Below are positions 52,501 to 64,000 of a stretch of DNA of 64,000 nucleotides, piece by piece. A program made the position numbers and the translations under genes. The stretch's first letter is position 1. Every line of letters starts with the position of its first letter. Source of the stretch: Eledone cirrhosa (Eukaryota); assembly GCA_964016885.1 (NCBI GenBank), contig OZ024756.1:26660001-26724000 (forward strand). The letters are read 5' to 3'. The notes below the pieces were generated by a model. That model saw only the letters and a list, made by a program, of their open reading frames with translations, had not been told where the DNA came from and searched no databases.

Positions 52501-55500
52501 ATGGTAACTATAGTAAAGATATATGACAGTGGTATAGCTATATGATGGTGCATAATAAAACACACCCTGTACTGTCAGTAAAGAAGTAGTGAAGGTAGTA
52601 TGATAAAATGTACATTTTATTTTGACACGGCTGGATGACCTACCTAATGTCAACCACTTTACAGAGTTCCCTGGGAGCATTTTATCAGAGCAAGCATCAG
52701 CATTACCACATTACAGAATGTATTGGGTGTATTTTATTGACAACAGTACTACCATGTTTCAGAGTGTATTGGGTGTATTTTATTGTGGCAACAGTACTAC
52801 CACGTTTCAGAGTGTATTGGGTGCATTCTATTGTGACAATAGTCACAGAGTTTATTGTGTGGATTTTATTGACAACAGTACTACCAGGTTACAGAGTGTA
52901 CTGTGTGCATTTTATCATGGTACCACCACTATTTCTTTACAGAGTGCACTGGGTGCATTTTATTCCATTTTGGCATGGTTGTGAAAATATGGAACATAAT
53001 GAGGAGAGGTTTGGCCAAAAAAGGTGAATGTTGAAGGAAATGAAGAATGACAATTGGTTGGACATGATGGAGTATTGAAATGACAGAATGGAAGGAATTC
53101 TTCACCAGAATCAACTTACCGAATGTGGATTGTTGTTTCATGAAAGTCTACTGTGAATTCTTTTGTTCGCTCTATTTCTGCCGTTACAAGCAACCGGAAT
53201 TTGTTCTGGCACCAGTAAATTGGTGGAGAACGGCTAGAAAAATCAAACAGTTCAATAGTTATTTAAAATTTCATTAGGAAGTAAAAGGGTAGGGTAAAGA
53301 CACCCCCCCCCCCTGCTTCAGTCACGAATGACCATGGGATTGGCATCTAGAAAGTTCCACTCCAAGGCACAGGTCCAGGCAAGGTTGTTAGTGAAAGACC
53401 AGGAGATGCCCATGCATACCAGCCTCCCCTCTCCATGTCTCCGATGATGTCCAAGGGAAAGGCAAAGGCCGATACTGCTTGGCACCAGCCAGTGACGTCG
53501 AAACTCATTTCTACAGTTGAGTGAACTGAAGAACTGAAGAACACAACACAACACCCATTCCAAGAAACAAACTCACAACCTCTCAATTGCAAGCCCAGCA
53601 CTCTAACCACTAAGCCATACACCTTCAAAAACCTTGTTTCGCCCTAGGATGTATCAAGGCAATAAAGCCATTAAAATACAAGGGGTTACTGAGAACTCAA
53701 GGGCAGTAGATTAGCTGAGTTTCTAGAACCATGGACAAATACTTAGCAGTATTTGTTCTGGCAATTTACGTTTTGAGTTCAAATCTCGCTGAGGTCAACT
53801 TTACCATTCATCTTTGTGCAGTAGATAAAATATATTTGTTTCTACCTTTGGCACAAGGCCAGCAATTACCCAGTGCATTACTGGTACTTTATTTCATCGA
53901 CCCCATGAGGATGAAAGGCAAAGTTAACCTTGGCGGGATTTGAACTCAGAATGGCAAGGGACATAACTCTATGCGTCAAAGCATGGCGTCCGACCCTCTA
54001 CCGATACTGCCAATCCACCGCAGTAGATAAAATATAGTACCAGTTAGTTACTGAGGTTGATATAAAATCAACTTCTCCTTCCCCCTCAATTACAGGCCCG
54101 GTGCCAATATTAAATACAATTATTAAGCTGGTGTTTGGAACATAACTCAACAAAGGTTCTTAAATAAAATAATTGTTTCTACTTTAAGCAGAAGCCCAGC
54201 AATTACCCAGTACATTACTGGTACATTATTTTATCGACCCAGTAAGGATGAAAAGCAAAGTTAACCTCAGTGGGATTTGAACTCAGACTGTAAAGGGACG
54301 TAACTCTATGCTAGAAAGCATGGCGTCCAACCCTCCACCGATACTGCCAATTCACCGCCAATAAAATAATGGTAGAAGGCTTTTAGTTAAATATAAACAC
54401 TTTAAAATAAATAGCTTTGTTTAGAACCAGGGATGGTTGCCTTTCATCCTTGTGTGGTAGATAAAATAAAGTACCAGTTAGGTACTGGGGTTGGTATAAT
54501 CAACTTTCTCCTTCCCACCATTACACTCACCACTACCAATGTGGCATTACATGAAAATATACCACTTACCTGGTGGTCATTTGGGGGAGGTTGTCGGACG
54601 AAGGCGTTTGTAGGACGTCCAGGCATGGAGTGACCTTCACAAACAAGCTCTCTAGTAACTCTTCACACAGCCGCAGTGAAGCACCATCATAATCATCATC
54701 ATCACCACTGCCGCTGCCACCACCACCACCACTGCCGCTGCCACCACCACCACCACCACCATCACCACTGCCGCTGCCACCACCACCACCACCACCATCA
54801 CCACTGCCGCTGCCACCACCACCACCACCACCACCACCACCACTGCCGCTGCCACCACCACCACCACCACCACCATCACCACTGCCACCACCACCACCAC
54901 CACCACTGCGGCTGCCACCACCACCACCACTGCCGCCGCCACTGTCACCACCACCACCATCATCACCACCACCGCCACCATAACCACTGCCGCCGCCACT
55001 GTCACCATCACCACTGCCACCACCACCGCCGCCATCACCACCACTACCACCATCATCATCATTAACATCAACATCATCATCATCACCATCATCCACAAGA
55101 TCATGATGATCCCCATCTTCTACATCACCACCGCCGCCGCCACCAACATCATCATCACCACCATGATCATCGTCCATAGGATCACCACCACCACCACCAT
55201 CATCATCATCCATAAGATCACGATCACCATCATCTACATCATCAACATCACCATTGTCCATAAGATCACAATCATCACCACTATCACCACCACCACCATC
55301 ATCATCATCGTCCATAAGATCACGATCATCATCATCATCAAGATAATGATCACCATCACCATCATCATCATCATCATCAACATCACCATTGTCCATAAGA
55401 TCATAATCATCGCCATCACTATCACCATCATTATCGCCATCACTATCATCACCACCATCACCATCATCGTCCATAAGATCATAATCATCACCATCACCAT

Positions 55501-58500
55501 CGCCATCACTATCATCACCACCATCACCATCACTATCATGATGATCACTATGATGATCACCATCATCGGCAGCAGCAGTGGTAGAAGAGACTGGTAAACC
55601 AGCAGCAGCATCACTGGCCACAGATTTCTTAAAACTGAAATGAAATGTACAAAATTATCATATACTAGCAGTGGTACCCGGCATTGCACGGGATAAGGTA
55701 TTTTGGAACGCGGGCCGCCAACAGACCTAATCGTGGAAAAACTGCATGCCTGGACAATATGTAAAGAAAATAAAGTGAATACTCTGATGGCTGGATAATT
55801 TTAAGATTTTCCTCGATGAAACAAGAAAAATGCAGGTTTTCACCTAATGCGGGCCCTAGGGGATCAAGAAAATGAATTTTTTTTATGTGCATAATATGCC
55901 TTGAAATTTCGGGAAAATCGGCTAGACGTAACGCCTCAAAAAAGCCCTAAAAAGCTGAAAAAATGAAGTTTTTCACCTAATGTGGGCGCTAGGCCATAAA
56001 AAAGTTGGATTTTCTTTGCTCACGGTATGAAGAAGAGACTGACTAATACATAGCTGTGTCAAGAACATGACAACCTCCCTAGTGTTGGTGATCTACATCA
56101 GGCATGTCAAACAGAGGGCCACATGGGTCACATATGTGTTGTCTGAGGACCACACATGACAACTAATTGCACACATTACAACTTTATTTTATATTACAAA
56201 GATGAAACATGCTCACGCTGTAAACATCTTTGTGCAGGCTGCAGGTGTGCTTGTGAAAGGGCTGCATGTTTGACATGCCTGATCTACATGATAAACACAC
56301 CCAGTACACTCTGTAAAGTGGTTGGTGATAGGAAGGGCATCTAGCCTTAGAAAGCTTGCCAAATAAAGGGTTGGGAGGACCCTTCAGTTTTGTGAAGGAC
56401 ATGACAACATCCCTAGTGTTCGTGCCATGATAAAATGTACACAGTAGAATATGGAACTATGTAAGCGAGATGCAGGCCCCACACCTACTCCCATCATCCA
56501 GCCTGTCTGGGAGGGAGGTAGCCTTTCTTCAGTACAGACTCAGCTTGTGAAGACCTGTCCTGAAAAAAAGGGGTCATGGCTAGTCCTTTTCTTTATCCAA
56601 TTAACTGATAAACACCCCCAGCAATTCTCAAAAAGAACACTCACCTCAATAGAATTGGAACAATGTTTAATTCTAGGAGCAATGTTTTATTTTTCCGGCT
56701 TTCCACAGAAAGATTCTTGCAGACTTTAAGACATGTATAAACACACTAGGGAAGAGAATTAGAAGAATGAGAAATAGTATGGTATGGTGTGGTGTGGTGT
56801 GGTGTGGTGTGGTGTGGTGTGGTATGGTATGCTGTAATGTGGTGTGGTTTGGTATAGTATGGTGTGGTGTGGTATGGTATGGTGTGGTGTGGTGTGGTGT
56901 GGTGTGGTATGGTATGGTATGGTATGGTGTGGTGTGGTATGGTGTGGTGTGGTATGGTATGGGGTGGTATGGTATGATTTAATGTGGTGTGGTGTGGTAT
57001 GGTATGGTATGGTGTGGTGTGGTATGGTGTGGTATGGTATGGTATGGTGTGGTATGGTATGGTATGTTATGGTGTGGTATGGTATGGTGTGGTATGGTAT
57101 GGTATGGTGTGGTGTGGTATGGTATGGTATGCTGTGATGTGGTATGGTGTGGTGTGGTATGGTATGGTGTGGTGTGGTGTGGTGTGGTGTGGTGTGGTAT
57201 GGTGTAATGTAGTATGGTATGGTATGCTGTGATGTGGTATGGTGTGGTGTGGTATGGTATGGAGTGGTATGGTGTGGTGTGGTGTGGTATGGTGTAATGT
57301 AGTATGGTATAGTATGTTATGATGCAGTGTAGTGTGGTATAGTAAGAAGAAAAACAACAACAAAAACAGCAACAACATTAGTAACAGCAGCAACATGTCA
57401 AACATGTGAAGAAATATATGTAAAAAAAATGAAGCCAGTATAAAAGAAGGTGGTTAGTTACCTTGCTACAACTTCTGTTTTTGATGATCTGCAGTATACA
57501 ATGTATTGGGGTTTCACGCTTTAGTTCATCAAGACCACTGTGTAAGGAGAAGACAAGAGACATCACCATCACAACCACAACCATCATCATCATCACCACA
57601 ACCACTATCATCATTATCACCATCACAACCACTACTACTATCATCATCACCATCACAACCACCACTACTATCATCATCAGAGCCACTACTACTATCATCA
57701 TCATCACCATCACAGCCACCACTACTATCATCATCATCATCATCATCACCACCATCACAGCCACTACTACTATCATCATCATCATCATCATCATCACCAT
57801 CACAGCCACTACTACTATCATCATCATCATCATCACCATCACAGCCACTACTACTATCATCATCATCATCACCACAATCACTACTACTACTATCATCATC
57901 ACCATCACAACCACTACTACTACTACCATCATCATTATCACTATCACCAACAACACAACCATTACCATCATCATCATCATCATCCAACACTACCAACTCC
58001 ATCATAATCACTACCAACATCATCATCATCACCAACAACATAATCATTACAAACACCATCAACTTCGTAAGTTGACCATATAATCATGTGGTAACTTGTA
58101 CAATGTCTGAATAAAAAGTTTTATACATTTTTTTATAACTTTTTATAAAGTTATTTATATATTGAACATTCGTAAAAATTCTAAATAAAATCTTCCACAC
58201 TAGCATGGGTTAGATGGGAGTTGTCCTACTTGAGGCAAGGCTGGTTGGGTGACCGTGTCTCGCTCGTATAGGACTATCTGGCAGGTTTTCTACGGCTGGA
58301 TGATGTATATATATATATATATCAAATTGAAATTCCCATTACCTTTCCAATTTCATAATAATGTTGAACAATGACAGGTATGTTTCCAAGAAGTGGTGGT
58401 CACCAACATCAACAAAATCCATTATCAAATGAGGACACATTTGAGATTCAAGTAGCAAAATTGTCAGCCTGCAATTGAAACAAAAATTTGGATCTTCATA

Positions 58501-59733
58501 AGTAAAAAAAAAAAAAATATTTTTACCTTTTCTTACCACATTTCTAATGAAATATATTGAAATATAAAAAAAAAAAGAGATAGCTCACACTTATGTAGGT
58601 TTAGTTAGCCTCCTATGAGGTTGTATCACATTGGAGACTTCTCAGGTGTTTTAATGACAAGGGCTGGGCCCCAGTCCTATCACAAAGTGCCAACAAGAAA
58701 TAAAACACCATGCTTAAGAACAGAACCTACTGCCCAATCCAGGAATCAGAGATTAAACGATAATGTTGGTCATCTGGTTTGGTTTAGAACTCTGCAAGAT
58801 GGTAGTGCTGGTGCCACAACAAAAAAGTAACCAGTCCACCCTACAAGGTGGTAGTGCTGGTGCCACGATAAAAAAGCAGCCAGTCCACACTGTAAGGTGG
58901 TAGTGCTGGTGCCACAATATAAAGTACCCAGTCCACACTGTAAGGTGGTAGTGCTGATGCCAAGATAAAAAGCACCCAGTCCACCCTATAACGTGGTAGT
59001 GTTGGTGCCACAACAAAAGGCAACCAGTTTACTCTGTAATGGTAGTGCTGATGCCAAGATAAAAAGCACCCAGTCCACACTGTAAGGAGGTAGTGCTGGT
59101 GCCACAACAAAAGGCACCCAGTTTACTCTGTAAGGTGGTAGTGCTAGTGCCACAACAAAAGGCACTCAGTACATGTTGTAATGTGATTGGTGTTAGGAAG
59201 AAGATCCAGCCATAAAAAAAAAAAACGTAAAATGGAGTACGTAAGGCCAGGCATTATCACCTGACCTGCATGGCACCATAACGTGACAATCTGTCTGACC
59301 CATGGAAACATGAAAAATAGGTGTTAAATGATGGTGGTGATGATGGTGATGGTGATGGTGGTGGTGGTGATGATGGTGATGGTGATGATGATGATGAAAA
59401 AAATAAAGAGAAGTCTTACCAGATATTGTCCTGACAGAGAGAGTATAGTAAATGACAAACTGATATTTTCACCTGGAAAATGAAAAGAAATTCAACATGA
59501 GGGAAGACAGCAAGAATTGATATTACACATTTTCTGGTGGATGAGGGTAGTGGTGGAGGAGCTTCTTACAAATCAGTAGGGGCAGAACATCGGACACCAT
59601 ACTGGTTAGCATAGAGTTACGTCCCTTTACGTTCTTTGAAAGAGGAGGACAAGGAGAATGTATGTGTGTGTATATATATATATATCATTATCGTCATTGT
59701 TTAATGTCTATTTTCCACGCTAGCATGGGTTTA

Positions 59734-59798
<65 letters not shown>

Positions 59799-59912
59799 GC
59801 GGTGCCCCAGCATGGCCTCAGCCGGATGGCTGAAACAGGTAAAAGAGTAAAAGAGTAAAAGAGTAAACACACACACATATATATAAATACACACACACAC
59901 ACGCGCGCGCAC

Positions 59913-59943
<31 letters not shown>

Positions 59944-62900
59944 GTTGTTGTATGGTTGCAATAAATGCGTCCATAGGCGGTATGCCATTTGAGCACTTGA
60001 TGCTCGCGCAGAGCAGAGTTTATTATTATAGATAAGTATAGTATAATAATGAAATTATTGTGTAAAGTGCTCAGGTGCACTAAACGAGGAATCAATCGGA
60101 TGAAATGCTTTGAAAGCGCAAAACATATCTGAGGAACTTGGGAATGCAGAGTAAGGTTTGATCTGTAACAGATCCTGCCTTGAGCTGATCGTCAGAGAAA
60201 CATATGTAATATGTTAATAAATTGTGTTTTGATGCATCACTGATTCCTCGTTATCTATAATATAATATATATATATGAAAGAAAATGAAAATTCTTACTT
60301 TGGATGAAAAGGAACTGTTCAATAATTTACAAATTGTTAAAAACAAAGAATAAGCTGGGCTTGGACAATTCTCTTCATTTTCCACTCTGGAGATAAATAG
60401 GAAAAAAAAAAGAGCTATTAGCAATTATAACATTACTCCATTATCCCTAGCATTTAAACCGGCCGTATCCAGCCAGAACTCTCTCACCCCTTTCTGTTCA
60501 AACCAGCCATAACTGGCTGCTCATACTGATGTTATGATATTGTTCTCCAAATAAATAATATCAAAATCTCAGATTCGATATTATGTGAGATAATTATGTA
60601 AGATAAAGCATTTACCACAAAAATACAATACTAAATATAGAGTAATCATCATCATCATCATCATCATCGTTTAACGTCCATCTTCCACGCTTGCATGGGT
60701 TAGGCAGTTTTGTTCCATTTTATGCGGGAATGGTTGGAAGACCATGTCTCGCTCGCACAAAAGCGTCTCTGGCAGGTTTTTTTTTACAGCTGGATGCCCT
60801 TCCTAACACCAACCACATTTACAGTGTGAACTGGGAGCCTTTTCACCGTGTCTCCTACAGGGCCACCTTACAGTGTGGACTGTTGTGTCATCGACACAGT
60901 GGATGGAACGGGAGAGAGAGGATGGGGGTAGGGGGTGGGCTTTACATTGGGTTAAGAGGTGCCTACTGACTGTAGATTTGTATGCAATGGCAGTCGGGTC
61001 TTCTGTACAACTGCTGGCGCCAAAGGTCTCGATCCAGTGTCATTGTCTTAGAGAGGTGTAGGTGAGCAAGGTCAGTTTTTATCATCTCGTCCCTGTAAAT
61101 TCTAAAGGGTTATATAAAGGTTGTGGATTGGCTGAAAAATAAGAACATCAGAGAAAATACCTTGTAATATTTGGTTACTCGCCTTTATAATAATAATAAT
61201 TGTTTCTACTTTTGGCACAAGGCCAGCAATTATCCCAGTGCATTACTGGTACCTTATTTTATCGACCCCGTAAGGATGAAAGGCAAAGTTAACCTCGGCG
61301 GGATTTGAACTCAGAATGGCAAGAGCCGTAACTCTATGCGTCAAAGCATGGCATCCGACCCTCTACCGATACTGCCAATCCACTGCCCTTTATAATAATA
61401 ATAATAATTATTATTATTATTTCTACTTCAGGCACAAGGCCAGCATTTGAAGTTGAAGGGAAAGGCAATTAAATAGACCCCCAGTGCATTACTGGAACTT
61501 TATTTTATCAATCCAATAAGGATGAAAGGCAAAGCTAACCTTGACGTGATTTGAACTCAAACATTACAGCCGGTTTGAACAGGAAGAGGTGAGAGACTTG
61601 TGGCTGGATATGGCCGGTTTGAACAGAAAGAGGTGAGAGAATTGTGGCTGGATATGGCCGGTTTAAATGTTAAAGGGTTAATTTAAAAACAGGCACAAAG
61701 ATGAAAGAAGGGGTTAATATGATATGATAATTGTTTGTCAACATACCTGTCTGTAAAGCTGTGTAAATCTGGAATCAGTTGTATCACAGTTTCGAGGATG
61801 GTCTCATCTTTGTTCTTGACAACCATCGGAAATGGATCCGCAATTAAACAAGAGGGAGGGAAAAAAAAAGAACTATAAATGCGTGTTTACATTATAGTAT
61901 TCTGTTACACACACACACACACACACACATATATTTGGAAATGGAGGAAGGGGTTTAGTCAATACAAAAACTTACCATTTCTAAAATATTTCTTAAAACT
62001 TTGTAGAGGCCACAGTTTTCCAGGTCTGAATAAATACTGTGGGAAAAATAAAAATAAAAAAATAATAACAACAACAACTCTAACAATAATGGTTTCTGAT
62101 TTAAGCACAAGGCCAGTAATTTTTGGGGGAAGGGAAGGTCAATTAAATCAATTCCCCAGTGCATTACTGGTACTTTATTTTATCGACCCCATAAGGATGA
62201 AAGGCAAAGCTAACCTCGGCAGGATTTGAACTCAGAATGTAAAGGCACGTAATTATTTAGGAACAAGGCCAGCAATTTTGAGGAAGGGGAATGTTGAGTA
62301 TATCTATCCCAGTACTTATTTTATTGATCACAGAAGGATGAAAATAAAAAAACATAAAAAGTTAGAACAAATCCCAGACACCATGCTGTCTGGTACTTTA
62401 ACAATTTTGTCAAATAATAAATAATGATTTCTAGCATATGCACAAGGCCAGCAATTTGAAGGAAAGGGACACCAGTAAAGTAGTGTGGTGCCTCAGCATG
62501 ACTGCAGTCTAATAACTGAAACCAGTAAAGTAGTGTGGTGCCCCAGCATGACCGCAGTCTAATAACTGAAACCAGTAAAGTAGTGTGGTGCCCCAGCATG
62601 ACCGCAGTCTAATAACTGAAACCAGTAAAGTAGTGTGGTGCCCCAGCATGACCGCAGTCTAATAACTGAAACCAGTAAAAGTGTGGTGCCCCAGCATGGC
62701 CGCAGTCTAATAACTGAAAACAGTAAAAGTGTGGTGCCCCAGCATGGCCGCTATCTAATGAGTGAAACCAGCAAAAGAGTGTGGTGCCCCAGCATGGCCG
62801 CTATTTAATGAATGAAACCAGTAAAAAGAAAGAAAAAAAAAAGAACAATACCTTTGATGTGGAAAAAGTCCTTTCAGGATAGTTACCAGGGTGTCGAAGA

Positions 62901-63467
62901 TAACTGAGTTACCTGTGTAGTTTAACAGTTTGAGCAGGTGTCCAGGGTACTTAGCGGTTATAAGTTTGTCTGGATACCTGGGTGGGAAAATGAAAGCAAC
63001 AAAAGTAACAATAACAGCAACAAAAAAAGCAGAGCTAGAAAACAGGAAGCTATAAGTAAAAAAATCCCTGTGAATCCCCTTTCCCTTTCCATAGTTCTAA
63101 CGAATGACACTGCCCTGCCCTCTTACACTACATACAGGGATGCTGAAAAGTTCTTGGCTTAGGGTAAAAGAAAATACAGGAAGATCGGTTAAAAGAAAAT
63201 AGAGGAGGATCAGTTAATTATGATTATATTCAATATATTCCCCTCTCAGATTCACACACTTATTGTAGAGGTCCTACCTCTCCTATAAAAGTAACAGCCC
63301 TATCCTTTCGTGATACCCTTAAAGACAAGAAATTTTTAGCACCCCAGTACAAAGCACTAACTTTATAGACTAAGGAGCAGACATGGCAATAATGATATTA
63401 CTTACTTGAGACATAGTTTTGTGTATTTCCCAAGTAAATTAGCAGTGAATTCGAGACCAAAATTGTC
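49581..63467 (-). CDS. 5'-partial gene: ARM/helical-repeat region, Asp/Gly-rich insert, C-terminal CS (p23-like) domain and acidic tail; 13 exons, 788 aa in window
   Basis: Exons (-): 63467-63406, 62977-62852, 61872-61747, 60386-60299, 59472-59420, 58468-58343, 57537-57462, 56745-56645, 55634-54570, 53233-53120, 52210-52051, 51240-51114, 49723-49581 (TAA); all GT-AG, phases chain without a stop (2367 nt). CS-like PPIYWCQ...V.F...LYEKV...EILMSLAK..YWPRFLR...DFERF; ARM-like KNLSVESRKNKTLLLELNIVPILL. Confidence 0.82.
50530..51020 (-). mobile_element. Possible L1/Tx1-like endonuclease remnant
   Basis: Minus translation includes LDVASSKGHAFRLLAAYGP..FFRHL, reminiscent of the RL..VYAP endonuclease motif; heavily decayed. 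Confidence 0.45.
53835..54019 (-). mobile_element. Young Meta-like SINE inserted in an oppositely oriented SINE
   Basis: 17-bp TSD gcagtagataaaatata at 53818-53834 and 54020-54036. Confidence 0.85.
56778..57340 (+). repeat. Pentanucleotide microsatellite (TGGTG/TGGTA)n
   Basis: Direct inspection. Confidence 0.97.
57560..58062 (+). repeat. Intronic trinucleotide mosaic (CAT/CAC/TAC)n
   Basis: Direct inspection; it ends about 25 nt from the acceptor at 57537. Confidence 0.93.
58795..59180 (+). repeat. ~47-bp tandem repeat amplified from a SINE-internal segment
   Basis: Unit aaaagcacccagtccacactgtaaggtggtagtgctggtgccac, running into the SINE tail. A related minus-strand array lies at about 52650-52970. 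Confidence 0.85.
60122..60215 (+). ncRNA. Type I hammerhead ribozyme motif with palindromic stem III and long stem II
   Basis: AACAUAU-CUGAGGA-(61 nt incl. gatctg-taa-cagatc)-GAAA-CAUAUG-UA/AUAUGUU, immediately followed by AATAAA and enclosed by a 12-bp inverted repeat (60083-60094 / 60241-60252). Confidence 0.68.
62471..62825 (+). repeat. 50-bp tandem repeat (about 7 copies) derived from a SINE tail
   Basis: Unit accagtaaagtagtgtggtgccccagcatgaccgcagtctaataactgaa at 62471, 62521, 62571... Confidence 0.93.
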
Positions 63468-63538
63468 CTGCAAATACAAAAAATACAATGTAAACAAGTT
63501 TATTCCTTTGTTACTATAAATCTAATGAAAGTTACTTA

Positions 63539-63747
63539 CCATATATACTCGAATATAAGCCAAGGAATATGTGACCAAAAAAAAACAATCGATGGTAAAA
63601 TGGTGGGTGGCGTTTATATACACCATCTAAACAATGTGTTAATTAGCTGCCTTAGCTTATAAATGGGGTTTGGATTTTTGCCGATTTCTCAGACATAAAA
63701 TAGGGAGGGATAAGGAAGGGAGTTGGCTTATATTCGTGTATATATGG
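63539..63747. mobile_element. Tc1/pogo-like MITE
   Basis: TIRs ccatatatactcgaatataagcc / ggcttatattcgtgtatatatgg (1 mismatch), with TA on both flanks. A partial copy starts near 37078. Confidence 0.85.
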
Positions 63748-64000
63748 TATTTATAATTTTGTTACTATAATTTTAATAAGAGCGTTACTGGTACTTTATT
63801 TTATCAACCTCAGAAGGCTGAAAGGCAAAATTAACCTCGGCGGGATTTGAACTCATAACATAAAGGTACATAACTCTATACTGCAAAGCATGTTGCCCGA
63901 CCATCGCTCTACCAATACTGCCAATCCTTTGCCCTAATGATATGATAATAATTGTTTCTGATTTAGGCACAAGAGCAACAATTTGGGGGAGAGAGCAAAA

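Noticed and set aside
54652-58083. Poly-His, poly-Ile/Thr, poly-Val/Met and VWYG ORFs
   Set aside because: Alternative frames of microsatellites; only the Asp/Gly frame at 54570-55634 fits the splice phases.
61836-61845. Apparent non-canonical acceptor (ttgcgg) after a pyrimidine tract
   Set aside because: The canonical tatag acceptor at 61872 gives an in-frame 126-nt exon; the pyrimidine tract is coding (SFFFPPS).
63533-63545. Strong donor-like gtaagt on the minus strand
   Set aside because: It coincides with the MITE terminus and TA site, and no upstream open exon supports it.

Overview
AT-rich, repeat-dense metazoan genomic DNA with spliceosomal introns. The [13 protein letters not shown]-type tandem C2H2 genes and the SINE families point to an octopus-like cephalopod (inference). 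1-17.5 kb: a locally duplicated cluster of effector-less poly-C2H2 zinc-finger genes (one intact on +, one pseudogene and one intact on -), with decayed fingers in the UTRs, a 41-bp minisatellite and a decayed mariner. 20.4-30.9 kb: complete 8-exon ZFAND1 (-). 31.3-43.6 kb: complete 9-exon EIF2S2/eIF2-beta (+), head-to-head with ZFAND1. 49.6-63.5 kb: the 3' 13 exons of an unassigned ARM-like + CS(p23)-domain gene (-), including a 1065-nt exon that carries about 310 aa of Asp/Gly microsatellite-derived sequence. The most notable non-coding signal is a set of intronic palindromes and repeats containing type I hammerhead ribozyme motifs, resembling Penelope-like element termini. Three copies have intact catalytic cores, two of them as an antisense-paired twin in ZFAND1 intron 3, and several are decayed. 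Exon chains were checked by hand for GT-AG and phase; repeat family names come from motif recognition only, and repeat boundaries are approximate.
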